A stretch of 64,000 bases of DNA from Candidatus Eiseniibacteriota bacterium (GTDB lineage Bacteria; Eisenbacteria; RBG-16-71-46). Where the stretch lies: contig JANLWX010000019.1 of assembly GCA_031364845.1 (NCBI GenBank), positions 3,508 to 67,507 of the forward strand, in the 5' to 3' direction. The notes below the pieces were generated by a model. It saw only the letters and a program-made list of their open reading frames with translations, had not been told where the DNA came from and did no database searches. The stretch's first letter is position 1; every line of letters begins with the position of its first letter. Position numbers and translations under genes: made by a program. Shown here in pieces: positions 49,101 to 62,237 of this stretch.

Positions 49101-49120
49101 CATCAGGAAAGCATCAAGAT
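49101..49120 (-). promoter_or_regulatory. Probable KdpE (OmpR-type) tandem binding site
   Basis: Minus strand ATCTTGATGCTTTCCTGATG contains TCTTGATG/TCCTGATG at an 11-bp period, about 75 nt upstream of the first kdp ORF. Confidence 0.6.
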
Positions 49121-49262
49121 CGGAGGTGGATTGCGGGCGGGATCCTGGATCATCCCGGGAACGGCAGAGCACACGGTCCGTGGAGGCAGTTGAAACGCGC
49201 AACGGGCACGCGGCGAACCGCGCACCCGTGCGATGACCTCGACAATCCTCCGCGAACGGAGC

Positions 49263-51986
49263 CTAAGCGCCTGCCTTCGCCAGATTCCTCAGCACGGTCT
49301 GCAGAATGCCGCCGTTCTTGTAGTAGTCGACCTCGACCAGGCTGTCGAGGCGCGCCACGCACTGGAACATCAGCACCGATCCGTCGTCGCGCTTCGCATG
49401 CACGGTGACGGACATGCGCGGCTCGAGCCCGGTGACGAACCCCAGAATGTCGAACGTCTCGCGGCCGGTGAGCCCGAGCGTCTCGGCCGTCGTTCCGGGC
49501 GCGTACTGCAGCGGCATCACACCCATCCCGACCAGATTCGAGCGATGGATGCGCTCGTAGCTCTCGGCGATCACGGCGCGCACGCCGAGCAGCAGCACGC
49601 CCTTCGCCGCCCAGTCGCGCGAGCTGCCGGAGCCGTACTCCTTGCCCGCCAGCACCACGAGCGGCACGGCTTCTTCGCGGTAGCGCTCGGCGGCATCGAA
49701 GATCGCCATCGTTTCGCTGCTCGGCAGATGCACCGTGACACTGCCTTCGCTGCCGGGCACCAGCAGATTCTTCAGACGGATGTTCGCAAACGTGCCGCGC
49801 ACCATGACAAGGTCGTTGCCGCGCCGCGAGCCGTACGAATTGAAGTCGGACTTGGTCAGTCCGCGGCTCTCAAGCCAGCGTCCGGCCGGGCTGTCCTTCG
49901 CGATGTCGCCGGCAGGTGAGATGTGATCGGTCGTCACCGAATCACCCACGCGCACCAGGCAGCGCGCGCCCTGGATGTCGTGCACCGGCGGCGGCTCGAG
50001 CGTGAAGTTCTGGAAGAACGGCGGCTCGTGGATGTACGTGGACGCCGCGTCCCACTTGTAGAGCTCGCCCTCCGCGACCGGAATCGCGTTCCAGCGCGGG
50101 TTGCCGTCGAACACGTTCGCATACTGCTCGGCGAACTGCTCGGGCTTGAGCGCGCTCAGGATCGTCGAGCGGATCTCTTCGTGCGTCGGCCACACGTCGC
50201 GCAGATAGACCGCCTTGCCATCCTTGCCCTGTCCGAGCGGCTCGGTCGCGAAGTCGATGTCGACCGTTCCCGCGAGCGCATACGCCACGACCAGCGGCGG
50301 CGACGCGAGATAGTTCGCGCGCGTGTACGGATTCACGCGGCCTTCGAAATTGCGATTGCCCGAGAGCACCGCCGCGGCCACGAGATTCTCTGCGGTGATC
50401 GCGTCGGCGACCGGCTGCGGCAGCGGGCCTGAATTGCCGATGCAACTACAACAGCCGTAGCCAACCGTATGAAAGCCAAGCGCCTGCAGCGGCACTGTCA
50501 GCTCGGCCGCATCGAGATACTCGGTCACGACCTTCGATCCCGGCGCGAGGCTCGTCTTCACGTAGCCCGGCACCGTGAGTCCGCGCGCGACCGCCTTCTG
50601 CGCGAGCAGACCCGCAGCCACCATCACGGCGGGATTCGAGGTGTTCGTGCACGACGTGATCGCCGCGATCACGACGGCGCCGTGTCCGAACGTCTCGGAA
50701 GTCCCGTTGGTTCCGATCTTCGCTTTGCTCCCGAGCTCGGACTCGATGAGTCCGTAGCCGCGCTCCTTCACCGGCGCGATCAGCGCGCGGCGGAACGCGG
50801 GCTTCATGTCGGTGAGCACCACGCGGTCCTGAGGCCGCTTGGGACCGGCGAGGCACGGTTCGACGTCGCCGAGATCCAGCTCCAACGTGTCGGTGAACTC
50901 GGGCGCCGGCGCATCGGCGGTGCGGAACAGCTTCTGCTCCTTCGCATACGCTTCGAGTTGCCGCGCACCTTCGGCGCGGTTCGTGCGCTCGAGGTAGCGC
51001 AGCGTTTCGTCGTCGACCGGGAAGAAGCCCATCGTGGCACCGTACTCGGGCGCCATGTTGGCGATGGTCGCGCGATCCGCGAGCGACATCGCGGACAGGC
51101 CCGGCCCGAAGAACTCGACGAACTTCTCGACCACGCCCTTCTTGCGCAGCATCTGAGTGACGGTGAGCACGAGGTCGGTCGCGGTCACGCCTTCGCGCAG
51201 CGCGCCGAACACCTTGAAGCCGATCACCTCGGGCATGACCATGTAGAGCGGCTGGCCCAGCATCACGGCTTCGGCTTCGATGCCACCGACGCCCCAGCCG
51301 ACCACGCCGAGTCCGTTGATCATCGTCGTGTGCGAGTCGGTGCCGACCAGCGTGTCGGGATAGGCGACCATGCCGGTTGCATCGGCGCTCATCATGAGCC
51401 CGCGCGCCAAGTACTCGAGATTCACCTGGTGCACAATGCCGGTCGCGGGCGGAACCACGCGGAAGTTGTGGAACGACTTCTGGCCCCAGCGCAGGAACTC
51501 GTAGCGTTCGCGGTTGCGCTGGAATTCGATCTCGGCGTTCTGCTCGAGCGCGCGCACGTTGCCGAACACGTCGACCTGCACCGAGTGATCGATCACGAGA
51601 TCGACCGGCACCAGCGGATTGATGACCGCCGGGTTGGCGCCGAGACGCTGAACGGCATCGCGCATCGCTGCGAGATCCACGACGCAGGGAACGCCGGTGA
51701 AATCCTGAAGGATCACGCGCGCCGGTTTGAACGGGATCTCGCGCGGCGACAAATCGGGCTTCGCAGTCCAGCGCGCGATGCGCAGCACGTCGTCCTCCAA
51801 GACCTGGAATCCGTCGCAACTGCGCAGGGCGGCTTCGAGCACGATGCGGATCGAGAACGGCAGGCGTTCGAGCGCGATGCCGTGCTGCTCGGCGAACGGG
51901 GCGAGCCGGTAGATGCTCACGGCTCCGGCGCCGGGGAGCATGAAGGAACTGCGGGCGCCGAATGGATCGACTTTGCGGGTATTCAT
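49263..51986 (-). CDS. acnA: Aconitate hydratase A
   Basis: [72 protein letters not shown]. Confidence 0.97.
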   Translation of the reverse strand: MNTRKVDPFGARSSFMLPGAGAVSIYRLAPFAEQHGIALERLPFSIRIVLEAALRSCDGFQVLEDDVLRIARWTAKPDLSPREIPFKPARVILQDFTGVPCVVDLAAMRDAVQRLGANPAVINPLVPVDLVIDHSVQVDVFGNVRALEQNAEIEFQRNRERYEFLRWGQKSFHNFRVVPPATGIVHQVNLEYLARGLMMSADATGMVAYPDTLVGTDSHTTMINGLGVVGWGVGGIEAEAVMLGQPLYMVMPEVIGFKVFGALREGVTATDLVLTVTQMLRKKGVVEKFVEFFGPGLSAMSLADRATIANMAPEYGATMGFFPVDDETLRYLERTNRAEGARQLEAYAKEQKLFRTADAPAPEFTDTLELDLGDVEPCLAGPKRPQDRVVLTDMKPAFRRALIAPVKERGYGLIESELGSKAKIGTNGTSETFGHGAVVIAAITSCTNTSNPAVMVAAGLLAQKAVARGLTVPGYVKTSLAPGSKVVTEYLDAAELTVPLQALGFHTVGYGCCSCIGNSGPLPQPVADAITAENLVAAAVLSGNRNFEGRVNPYTRANYLASPPLVVAYALAGTVDIDFATEPLGQGKDGKAVYLRDVWPTHEEIRSTILSALKPEQFAEQYANVFDGNPRWNAIPVAEGELYKWDAASTYIHEPPFFQNFTLEPPPVHDIQGARCLVRVGDSVTTDHISPAGDIAKDSPAGRWLESRGLTKSDFNSYGSRRGNDLVMVRGTFANIRLKNLLVPGSEGSVTVHLPSSETMAIFDAAERYREEAVPLVVLAGKEYGSGSSRDWAAKGVLLLGVRAVIAESYERIHRSNLVGMGVMPLQYAPGTTAETLGLTGRETFDILGFVTGLEPRMSVTVHAKRDDGSVLMFQCVARLDSLVEVDYYKNGGILQTVLRNLAKAGA

Positions 51987-52257
51987 GTCGCGTCCTTTCC
52001 AGTGGCGACGGCACACAGGGCCGTCGGGTGAAGACGCGGGGACACACAGGGTCCCCTGATTGTCGTGCGGCCGAAGCTCTGGCCACGGGCGAAGAATAGC
52101 ACCGCCGCCCTGCGTGAGGTATCGGCAATTTTGCCGGGTGGTCCGCACTGCAATCTGCACGATCAACGCTCAAGCCCGCCCCGCCCGCCTGCCGATTCCG
52201 GGTCGAACGATCTGCCGTCTTGCCCTTGAGATCCCCTGCCCCGAGAACCGTGTCCGC

Positions 52258-53839
52258 ATGAGCATCATTCCGCTGCATCCGGTCCGCCGTCGGACGGCCG
52301 CCGAAGGCGCACCCGGGCCCGTCACGCCTCCCGGCGACGACACACTCTATCCCCCGATCACGCCGGTGCCGGCGGCGACGGGATTGCGCCTGATGCCGAC
52401 GATCGCGGCACTGCTCGACTGGCGCCAGCCGTATCTGATCCCGCTCGTGTTGCTCGCGCTCTCGCGCATCATCATGGCGTGGCTGCTGCCGATGGCGTCG
52501 GAAGACGCCTACATCACCTACCGCTACGCACGGAACCTCGCCCTCGGCTACGGGCCGGTGTTCAACCCCGGCGAGCGTGTGATGGGTTTCACCTCGCCGC
52601 TGTGGATGGCGTGGAACGCGCTCGGGTGGCTGCTCACGCGCGATCCCGCAATGTGGTCGCGCGCGTGGACGCTGCTCGGCGACGCAGTGACGCTCGGTGG
52701 TCGCGGCATCGATGCTCCGGCATCACGCTTCGCGCGCTTCGGCCTGGTGTTTCGCGTTCGCGTTCGCGACCTGGACCGCGTTCACCGGTGTGGCGATCTC
52801 GGGCATGGAGAACAGCATGATGGTGACGCTGATCGTGCTCTCGGCCGGACTCGCCGAAACCGGCAGCCGCGGCACGGGTGTGGCGCTCGGCGCGCTGGCG
52901 CTTCTGCGCCCCGAAGGCTTCGCGGCGGCGGCGCTCATCGCGCTGCGCGCGCGCGGACGCGATCGCTGGGTCGCACTCGCGATCGCCGGCGCCGGCATTG
53001 CGATGCTGTGGATGTACTTCGGAACGCCGCTGCCGCAGAGCGTGACGGCTAAGGCGCAGATCTATGGAACACCGGGCCCGTGGGCCGGGCGCCACTGGTG
53101 GGAATGGGCGTTCCCATTCGCGCTCGGCCGCTGGCCGTTGATGCCGGACACGCGGTTCCTGTTCCTCGGCACCGTCCTCGCCGCACCCGCCGCCGCGGTC
53201 GGGCTGCGCGTACTGTGGAACCTCCGCACGACCGGACTCGCGTTCGCGATCTATGCGGCGGTCGGCGTGTGGCTCGGCTATGCGCTAATGGGTGTGGCGT
53301 ATTTCTTCTGGTATCTCGTGGTGCCGATTGCGGCGTGGTTCCTTCTGGTCGCCCTCGGACTGCCGCGCATCGTTCGCGGTCGCGCGGTCTATGTGAGCGG
53401 CGCGCTGCTGATGCTCGGCTGCTGGACCGTGGTGTGGGAACTGTACGGAGCGCGCGCCGAGCAGAGCTTCGCCCAGGTCGCCGAACACCTCATCCAGAAC
53501 TCGACGCCGTGGCAGAAGGTGATGCTCGAGCCGATCGGTGTGGTGGGCTACCGCGCGAAGCTGATCGTGATCGATGAAGTCGGACTCGTGAGCCCCAAGG
53601 TCGCCCGGCGCCGCATGAAGGGCGCGGGCTGGATGACCGACGTGATCGCCGCCGAGAAGCCCGAGTGGCTGGTGGTTCGCCGCGGGGTGCTCGAGCAGCT
53701 CGAAGCCTTCGCGGGCGCGGGTGCCCCGGTCCGCAACGCGGGCGAACGTGACGCGCTGCTCAAAGGCTACGGCGTCTCCAAGATCGTCGCCGAGGAGACC
53801 GGCGAAGCCGCGCTCGTCGTGCTGCGCCGCCGCGGCTGA
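52258..53839 (+). pseudogene. GT-C-like polytopic membrane glycosyltransferase with a single-base frameshift near 52696 (real or sequencing error)
   Basis: EDAYITYRYARNLALGYGPVFNPGERVMGFTSPLW; DAVTL continues as VVAASML...SGMEN...LRPEG in the next frame; ends IGVVGY...DEVGLVSP. Confidence 0.75.
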
Positions 53840-53846
53840 CGCGGCG

Positions 53847-54575
53847 TCAATCGCGCGGTGTGACCTTGCGCCGGCGCGACCACACCAGTATCAGCGAGCC
53901 CAGCGACAGGATCGTCGCGAACACGAACCACTGGATCGCATAGCCCAGGTGCATCGCCTCGTCGTGCGGCGCGGGCATGCGGCGCACCGGCATCGCGGGC
54001 AGCGACGAATCCGGCAGCTGCTTCACGTAGAACGCGGCGAGTGCATAGGGCACGCGCACCGCGATCGAATCGCCGTCGAGCCACCGGCCGGACCACAGCG
54101 TCGCGGAGTCCGAGGGCACCGCCATCAACGGCGGCCCGCCGCGGGCGGTGATGAGCGACTCCGCCACGCCGATCACAATGCGTTCGCCGGGCTCGGGATA
54201 GCGCTCGGGATGCGCACGCGCCGCATCGTCGGAGTAGAGCCAGCCGCGCTCGACCAGCACCGCGTGCGACCCGCGTGGAAGCACCAGCGGTGTCACCACG
54301 CTCACGCCGGGCGAGCCGGAATTCGCGCGCCCCGACAGCAGGAACTGATGACGCTCGTCGTAGGTCCCGCGAATCTCGACGCGCCGCCCGCGCACAGAGG
54401 CGACTTCGGTGCGGGGATCATCCACGCGCACCGGCGGCAGCGCGAGCGCGCCGCGCAGAGCGACGTTCATCGCCTGCTTCTCGCGCAGGCGCGAGAGCTG
54501 CCAGAAGCCGAGCCGCACGCACAGCGCCGACATGCCGATCACGAATATGGCGGCGAGGATGTGGCGGAGTTTCAT
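53847..54575 (-). CDS. SURF1-family protein
   Basis: LGFWQLSR, VTPL, VLVERGW, HLGYAIQWF. Confidence 0.92.
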   Translation of the reverse strand: MKLRHILAAIFVIGMSALCVRLGFWQLSRLREKQAMNVALRGALALPPVRVDDPRTEVASVRGRRVEIRGTYDERHQFLLSGRANSGSPGVSVVTPLVLPRGSHAVLVERGWLYSDDAARAHPERYPEPGERIVIGVAESLITARGGPPLMAVPSDSATLWSGRWLDGDSIAVRVPYALAAFYVKQLPDSSLPAMPVRRMPAPHDEAMHLGYAIQWFVFATILSLGSLILVWSRRRKVTPRD

Positions 54576-54667
54576 GGCGAGCGCCGAAAGGACTGGCTCG
54601 ACTGCGAAGTGTGGGCGTTCACGAGCGGAGCCTCAGGAGCCGGCCGGGCGCGTGCACCGCGCGCGGG

Positions 54668-54901
54668 TCATGGCGCGATCTTGGGCGCCGGAAGGTCGAA
54701 GGCGACCGCGAGGGCTTCGAATCCGCACGTTTTGTGCGCCGCGTCGCAGAACGGCTTGTTGTTCGACTGGCCGCAGCGGCACAGCGAGAGCTTGGTGCGC
54801 CCGGAAAGGCCATAGTTGCGGCCCTCCTGATCGACGATCTCGAAGTCGCCCTCGACCCGCAGCGATCCATTGTTCATCACGGTGATCTTGGTTGCCGTCA
54901 T
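54668..54901 (-). CDS. CDGSH iron-sulfur domain protein
   Basis: NGSLRVEG, LCRCGQSNNKPFCDAAH. Confidence 0.92.
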   Translation of the reverse strand: MTATKITVMNNGSLRVEGDFEIVDQEGRNYGLSGRTKLSLCRCGQSNNKPFCDAAHKTCGFEALAVAFDLPAPKIAP

Positions 54902-54981
54902 TCATAGCCTCCATGAGTGCGATGCCTTCGGCGCGCACTGTAACACCTGCCGCGATCGCTTCGCCCGCGCACGGGCGAAGC

Positions 54982-56052
54982 TCAAGGCACGCGCGTCGCG
55001 CGCGGAAGCGTGATCGTGAAGCACTGCCGCCCGGCACCGTGGCTCCAGAACCGCGAGCCGCGCTCGTACTCCGTGACCGCCGCGGTGTCGGGTAGCTCGA
55101 ACGTTGCGCACAACTGATAGCGCAGCGAGTCGATTCCGGCGTAGTCGTAAGGCGCACCGGTCTCGGGATCGCGGATCGAGCGCACCTGCGAGAAGCGGAA
55201 GTCCACGACCTGATCGAGCGTTGCGGGCAACACGCGATTCTCGCGCGCATAGGCATCGATCGCCTCGGCGATCATGTTGAGATCCCCGATGCGCCGCTGG
55301 TCCAGCGACCGGCGCCGCTCCTGCTGCGGCGAGCCGGCAAACCACAGTCCGGCGACGATCGTCAGAAGCGCACCGAGCGCTCCGATGCGCGCGAGCACTC
55401 CGGTCGACGACGCACGCTGCGTCTCGGCCTCTTCGCGTCGCAGGTCGCCGAGGTAGTGGCCGAACACGATCCCCGCGATCGCGAACACCACCGCGACCTT
55501 GATCAGGAAGCGCGCGCCGAGTTCGCCCGCGAGCACGCCCGAGACGAGCGCGATGAGATCGCCGATCAGCACCAGTGCGGCGAGGAACAGCGTGAGGTAG
55601 GTGAGCCACTTGCGGATGCGCGAGCCGCGCTTTTCCGGGTCGCGCGCGATCGCGCGGCCGACCAGGCGCGAGACGAACAGGAAGATCGGGAACGCCGTGA
55701 CGAGCGAGGCGGTGGCGAACCGCGCGCGCGCCGCGAACTGCAGCCGACCACCGGCCGCCATTGCGGCATCCGGCCACCGCCATTCGATCAAGGCGAACAG
55801 CACCGAACCGACGTTGAAGGCGACAACGTAGAGCGTCGCGAACAGCACCAGGTAGAGAAACGCTTCGCGCGCCGAGAGATACGGCCGCCGCTGCGGAACC
55901 GGGAGCGGGAAGTCGGTCTCGGCCCAGCGACCGAGCGCCGACTCGACCTCGTCCGGGCGCCAGCCCGACGCCGCGAGTGCAGCGCGGATGCGATCGCGCG
56001 AAACGCCCTGCGCGAGGGCGTCGCGGATGAAGGTATCGAGCTCGGTTCTCAT
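54982..56052 (-). CDS. DUF5671-domain membrane protein
   Basis: GGAGG RBS; SAREAFLYLVLFATLY, SRIRKWLTYLTLF, RFLIKVAVV, soluble C-terminus DPETGAPYDY...YQLCATF. Confidence 0.8.
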   Translation of the reverse strand: MRTELDTFIRDALAQGVSRDRIRAALAASGWRPDEVESALGRWAETDFPLPVPQRRPYLSAREAFLYLVLFATLYVVAFNVGSVLFALIEWRWPDAAMAAGGRLQFAARARFATASLVTAFPIFLFVSRLVGRAIARDPEKRGSRIRKWLTYLTLFLAALVLIGDLIALVSGVLAGELGARFLIKVAVVFAIAGIVFGHYLGDLRREEAETQRASSTGVLARIGALGALLTIVAGLWFAGSPQQERRRSLDQRRIGDLNMIAEAIDAYARENRVLPATLDQVVDFRFSQVRSIRDPETGAPYDYAGIDSLRYQLCATFELPDTAAVTEYERGSRFWSHGAGRQCFTITLPRATRVP

Positions 56053-56206
56053 GAGGCCTCCCGGGTGGCGCAGCGTCCGCAGGGTGCGCGAGCGGCACGG
56101 CGGGCGCAAATCGCCGCAACCCCCGGTGCGCGCTCCACGTAATCAGGACATTCCCCGGGATGCGCGGGATCACTGCGCCCGGATCACCTCGAAAGGAGCA
56201 ATCGCG

Positions 56207-56509
56207 ATGTTGGAACTGCTGGTGGGTGGCGCCGTGGTCCTTGCGGGTCTGGCGGTGTTCGGCCTGCTGTGGGCGGTCGTGGCGATGATCTGCTGGGCGA
56301 TCGTGCTCCCGTTCAAGCTGCTCGGCTTCGCGTTCAAGAGCCTGGCGTTCCTGCTCGCGCTGCCGTTCATGCTGGTGATCGCGCTGTTCGCCGTGGTGGT
56401 GTTTGGAGTGGGCGCACTCCTGTTCGCGATCCCGGCGCTGCCGGTCATCGTGCTCGCGGCGATCATCTGGTGGTTCGCGAGCCGCGGCCGGAGCGCTCGC
56501 GTGGCTTAG
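56207..56509 (+). CDS. Small hydrophobic membrane protein
   Basis: AAAGGAG RBS; almost entirely hydrophobic 100 aa. Confidence 0.7.
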   Translation: MLELLVGGAVVLAGLAVFGLLWAVVAMICWAIVLPFKLLGFAFKSLAFLLALPFMLVIALFAVVVFGVGALLFAIPALPVIVLAAIIWWFASRGRSARVA

Positions 56510-56553
56510 ACGATTCCTCGCGGCGCCCGAGGCGACTCGGGCGCTTCGGGCAT

Positions 56554-58098
56554 CTACCGGCCGGGCTTCCGCGCGAGAGCCCGCACCGCCTCCAGCTCCG
56601 CATCGCGCCCCGCGGCGATGTCCTCCGCCGTCGGCACCACACAGACATCCGGTGCGATCCCCGCATCCGGCCGCACGCCGTCGGGGAACTGGCCGATCAG
56701 CGGCAGGTCCAGCTCGATCCCCGACTTCGGCAGGCGCAGGAAGAACAACGCGCCGCCGTTGATCCCGCGCTGATTGCCGCCGGTCGGCTGGCCGACCAGC
56801 GTGCCCAGCTTGTTCTGCCGCATCGTCTGCGCGAACTCGAACGTCGCCGAGCTGTTGGTGGCGCCGACCAGCACCCACACGCGTCCTGCGAACTTCGGAA
56901 GCGCGGGCGCGATCATCCCGCCGAAGTCGTCATCGGCATCGCGGCGCAACCGGTAGAAGCGATCGGTCGAGTCGATCGCCGCCGCACCCCAATCCTTGAA
57001 CGACGGATCCCACGTGTCGAGGTACGGCGCGAGGTCTTCGGGGACTTCGCGATAGCGCACGAGGCGGGTGACTTTCTGGCGCGGCACCGGTACTGACGTC
57101 AGATGGCTCACGATCACGTCGCCGACATCGCTGCCGCCTTCGTTACCGCGCAGGTCGATCACGAGATCGGTGGCGCCGCTCGCGACCAGCGTGGCGAAGG
57201 TCTCCTCGAGATACGGCTGCCACTTCCACTCGCTGTTATAGAGCGCCCACGTCGGCATGCGCAGCACGCTCATGCGCTCGTCGAGCGCACGGAACTCCCA
57301 CACCGGCGCATCCTTCGCGGGGCCGGTTTTCTGCGCCGCCTCGACCTTCGCGAGGCGCTCGGCGTACGGAACACGCGGCACGCTGCCGGTCTGCGTGCGG
57401 TTGTCGCCGGGCCGGCGCACGCGCAGCGTGACCGACGCATCGGACGACGGGAAGAACAGCGGCCAGAAGATGTCGAACGCTTCGTAGCGGCTCGTGCCTT
57501 CGACCTGCATCGACGCGACGCGCTTCGCGTCGTTGTTGCCGTCGGCGCGCGCCACCGACATCAGACGCTTGAGGATCAACGTGACCGGAACATCGTTGAT
57601 CGCGAGCACCTCGGCGCCTTCGCGCAGCAGCGGGTCCGAGGTGAACGAGCGGGTCACGATCATGCGGTGGTTCAACCAGCGGAAGTAGAACGGCAGACGC
57701 GGCTGATGGAACAGCGCGGCCTGAGTGGCCTCCGGCTGGTTGAAAAAGTTGGCGTAGGTGTGGCCGCACTTCACCTTGGCCGCGAACACCGAGAGCGCGA
57801 CGTAGGCTTCAGCCAGGGTGCGGTCGCGATCGAACTCGTGCTCGAGCATGAGAAACGCCGCGTCCATCTGCGCCTTCGTGTTGTAGCGCATGAGGCCCGG
57901 ATGGAGCGTCTCGTAGGCGCGCTTCAGGATTGCGACGTCCGCCTTGAGATCCGCGGCCGGGACGATCGATCCCGCGTGGAGCGTGGTCGAAGCCTTGTCC
58001 GCCGGAGCCGCCGCGGTCTTGGTGCGCGACGCCGCCTCGGCGCCCGCCGTGAGCGTCAGGATGAGGACGAGCGACAGGGCGAGACGATACGTTCTCAC
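56554..58098 (-). CDS. S41-family peptidase, secreted
   Basis: GGAGA RBS + GTG 58098; signal peptide; ETLHPGL, KCGHT, LVIDLRGNEGG, NSSATFEF, LVGQPTGG, GIAPD. Confidence 0.88.
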   Translation of the reverse strand: MRTYRLALSLVLILTLTAGAEAASRTKTAAAPADKASTTLHAGSIVPAADLKADVAILKRAYETLHPGLMRYNTKAQMDAAFLMLEHEFDRDRTLAEAYVALSVFAAKVKCGHTYANFFNQPEATQAALFHQPRLPFYFRWLNHRMIVTRSFTSDPLLREGAEVLAINDVPVTLILKRLMSVARADGNNDAKRVASMQVEGTSRYEAFDIFWPLFFPSSDASVTLRVRRPGDNRTQTGSVPRVPYAERLAKVEAAQKTGPAKDAPVWEFRALDERMSVLRMPTWALYNSEWKWQPYLEETFATLVASGATDLVIDLRGNEGGSDVGDVIVSHLTSVPVPRQKVTRLVRYREVPEDLAPYLDTWDPSFKDWGAAAIDSTDRFYRLRRDADDDFGGMIAPALPKFAGRVWVLVGATNSSATFEFAQTMRQNKLGTLVGQPTGGNQRGINGGALFFLRLPKSGIELDLPLIGQFPDGVRPDAGIAPDVCVVPTAEDIAAGRDAELEAVRALARKPGR

Positions 58099-58356
58099 GA
58101 GGTTTCTCCGGGGGAACCGAGCGAACGCCGGCGTCGCGCGTCCATACGTGCGGCAAACACGACAATCGCGGCGGATTATCGGTGAGCGCGACGTGCCGGG
58201 ACAAGCCATCCGGCCTAATCGATCCCGCCTTGCTCCCACCTGCGCCGATGGCGCATTCTGCCGGGGTACTCGCGATGTTATCGGCGTCCCGTCCGGCCCG
58301 GTTGAACGACCCGCCCCCGGATGCTTGGACCTCCCCCACGACCTCAGGAAGTGCCC

Positions 58357-60036
<1,680 letters not shown>

Positions 60037-60172
60037 GAATTTCTTCGCTCGGCGATGACTCCGGCGACACTTCGATTTTCTTCGAGGTGTCGCCGTTCTT
60101 GCGCGTGCGCTTCGCCGGTGTCAGAGTTTCTCCGGTCGCTGCGGTCGCATCCCTGACATTTCGGAGTTTCCC

Positions 60173-62218
60173 ATGCGCGCACGCTTCCTGCCGGTGCTGT
60201 GCTCCGTTGCGCTGACGCTCCTTTCGATAGCGAGTGTGGCGGCAGCAGTGGTACCGGTGCGCGCTCTTCCCGGCGAGCGGTCGGCTTCCATCGCGCGCCT
60301 CGATGGATCGGAGTCCGCACCGGTCACCATCGCTCGCGACTGGCAGCAGGCTCTGTTCGAGCTGCGCCGCGACGATCCGACGCTGCCGGATGGAGTCGCG
60401 CTGCGGGAACGCGCGCTCGCACAGGCGGGACCCGAAGTCGTACCGATCTCGGTGATCCACTTCAGAACGTTCGGCACGATCTTCGTCGCCAGCGCGCTCC
60501 GTGCCCAGACGTATCGCGGTGCTTCGGTGCTCATGACGTTCGATCGCGCGAACTGGTCGGGGTCGGTGCCGATGTACATCGCGATCGACTTCGACGATGG
60601 CGCCGGGTTTCGTGTCGCCGGAGTCGGTGCCCGTATCCCGGTGCACTACTCGACCCTGGGCACGAAAACGTTGCGCCTGCGCGCGGGAGCTTCGGCGGCG
60701 ACGTACATCGAGACGCGCTTCACGTTCCGCGTGCTCGCGTTCGAGACCCCGCTTCCGGACGACACGCTGCAGGTGACGGGCGCCGCGGCGTACGCCGGGG
60801 CGGTCAATCGTGGCGACGCCTACGTCTACCTGGCCCCGGGACATACGCGCATCGTGAAACCGGTGGTCGTGGTCGAAGGCTTCGATCTTGCGAACGATCA
60901 GAACTGGGACGAGCTGTACACGCTGCTCAATCGCCAGCAGTTGCTCGAGCGCATCCGGGTTCGAGGGTTCGATGTGGTCGTGCTCAACTTCGCCGACGCG
61001 ACCGACTATCTGCAGCGCAACGCATTCGTGGTCGCGAGCCTGCTTCGACAACTCCGATCGGAGATCGAACCCGGAACACCAATGACGCTGGTCGGAGCCA
61101 GCACCGGCGGTGTGCTCTCGCGCTATGCGCTGGCGTGGATGGAGGCGAGCGGTATTCCGCATGGCGTTAAGACGTTCATCTCGATGGATTCCCCGCACGC
61201 CGGCGCCAATGTGCCGCTCGGGATCCAGCACTGGTTTCACTTCTTCTCGGACCTCACGTCCGAGGCGGCGTATCTGGTGGACCGTCTCGATCGGCCGGCG
61301 GCGCGGCAGATCCTGCTCTACCACTTGCGGGGAACGGTGGGGTTCACACCGCGCGCCGATGCGCTGCGCGGGCAGTTCCTGTCCGAGATCGATGCGTTGG
61401 GGTGGCCTTCCATTCCGCGGATGGTCGCGATCACGAACGGCAGCGGCATCGGAGCCGGTCAGGGTTTTCTCGGCGGCGATCCGCTGCTGGTCTATCGATA
61501 TCGCTCGTCCGTGCGCAAGGTCGACGGCAATGTGTGGGCGATGCCCAATCAGCGCTCGGGAACGGTGTTCCAAGGCAACGTGAGCGCGCTGGTGACGCTC
61601 GAAAGCCAGACGGTGACATTCACCGGCGCCCAGCCGCTCGACAACGCGCCCGGCGGTTATCGCGGCACGATGCTGCAGATGGACACTACCGCGGTGCCAT
61701 ACGGCGACATCATCGCGGTGCGTCCGCATCATTGCTTCGTGTCGACGGCGAGCGCGGCAGGCATCTCGAGCGCGAACGGGTTCCTGGCGGGTGCCGCGGC
61801 CTCGACTCCGTTCGACTCGGTCTACTGCCCCCTGGAGAACCAGGAGCACGTCCTGATCACCGAGGAGAACGCGAACTGGATCGAGCGCGAGATCGTGGCG
61901 TCGACGAACGTGTCGGTGGGCCTTGCGATCGGCCTGACAGGCCGGGTCGAGCTGGGTCCCATGACGCCGAATCCGTTCACGAGCGCGTCCCGGATCACGT
62001 TCAGCCTTACGGAGCGCGAGCGCGTGCGGCTCACTGTGCACGATCTCAACGGGCGCCGCGTCGCGACGCTCGCCGACGGCGTCTTGCCGGCCGGGGCGCA
62101 CCATGCGGTGTGGCGCGGGGAATCAGAAGACGGACGGCGCTCGCCGGCGGGCGTCTACTTCGTGCGCCTCGAAGCGGCGGGACGTGTGAGCGCGGGACGC
62201 ATCACGCGCCTGGATTAG
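60173..62218 (+). CDS. Secreted alpha/beta hydrolase (lipase-like) with FlgD-Ig/CTD-like tail
   Basis: Signal peptide; KPVVVVEGFD, LVGASTGG, DSPHAGANVPLGIQ, ENQEH; tail WRGESEDG...GVYFVRL. Confidence 0.85.
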   Translation: MRARFLPVLCSVALTLLSIASVAAAVVPVRALPGERSASIARLDGSESAPVTIARDWQQALFELRRDDPTLPDGVALRERALAQAGPEVVPISVIHFRTFGTIFVASALRAQTYRGASVLMTFDRANWSGSVPMYIAIDFDDGAGFRVAGVGARIPVHYSTLGTKTLRLRAGASAATYIETRFTFRVLAFETPLPDDTLQVTGAAAYAGAVNRGDAYVYLAPGHTRIVKPVVVVEGFDLANDQNWDELYTLLNRQQLLERIRVRGFDVVVLNFADATDYLQRNAFVVASLLRQLRSEIEPGTPMTLVGASTGGVLSRYALAWMEASGIPHGVKTFISMDSPHAGANVPLGIQHWFHFFSDLTSEAAYLVDRLDRPAARQILLYHLRGTVGFTPRADALRGQFLSEIDALGWPSIPRMVAITNGSGIGAGQGFLGGDPLLVYRYRSSVRKVDGNVWAMPNQRSGTVFQGNVSALVTLESQTVTFTGAQPLDNAPGGYRGTMLQMDTTAVPYGDIIAVRPHHCFVSTASAAGISSANGFLAGAAASTPFDSVYCPLENQEHVLITEENANWIEREIVASTNVSVGLAIGLTGRVELGPMTPNPFTSASRITFSLTERERVRLTVHDLNGRRVATLADGVLPAGAHHAVWRGESEDGRRSPAGVYFVRLEAAGRVSAGRITRLD

Positions 62219-62237
62219 AAGCCCAGCGCCGGATTCT

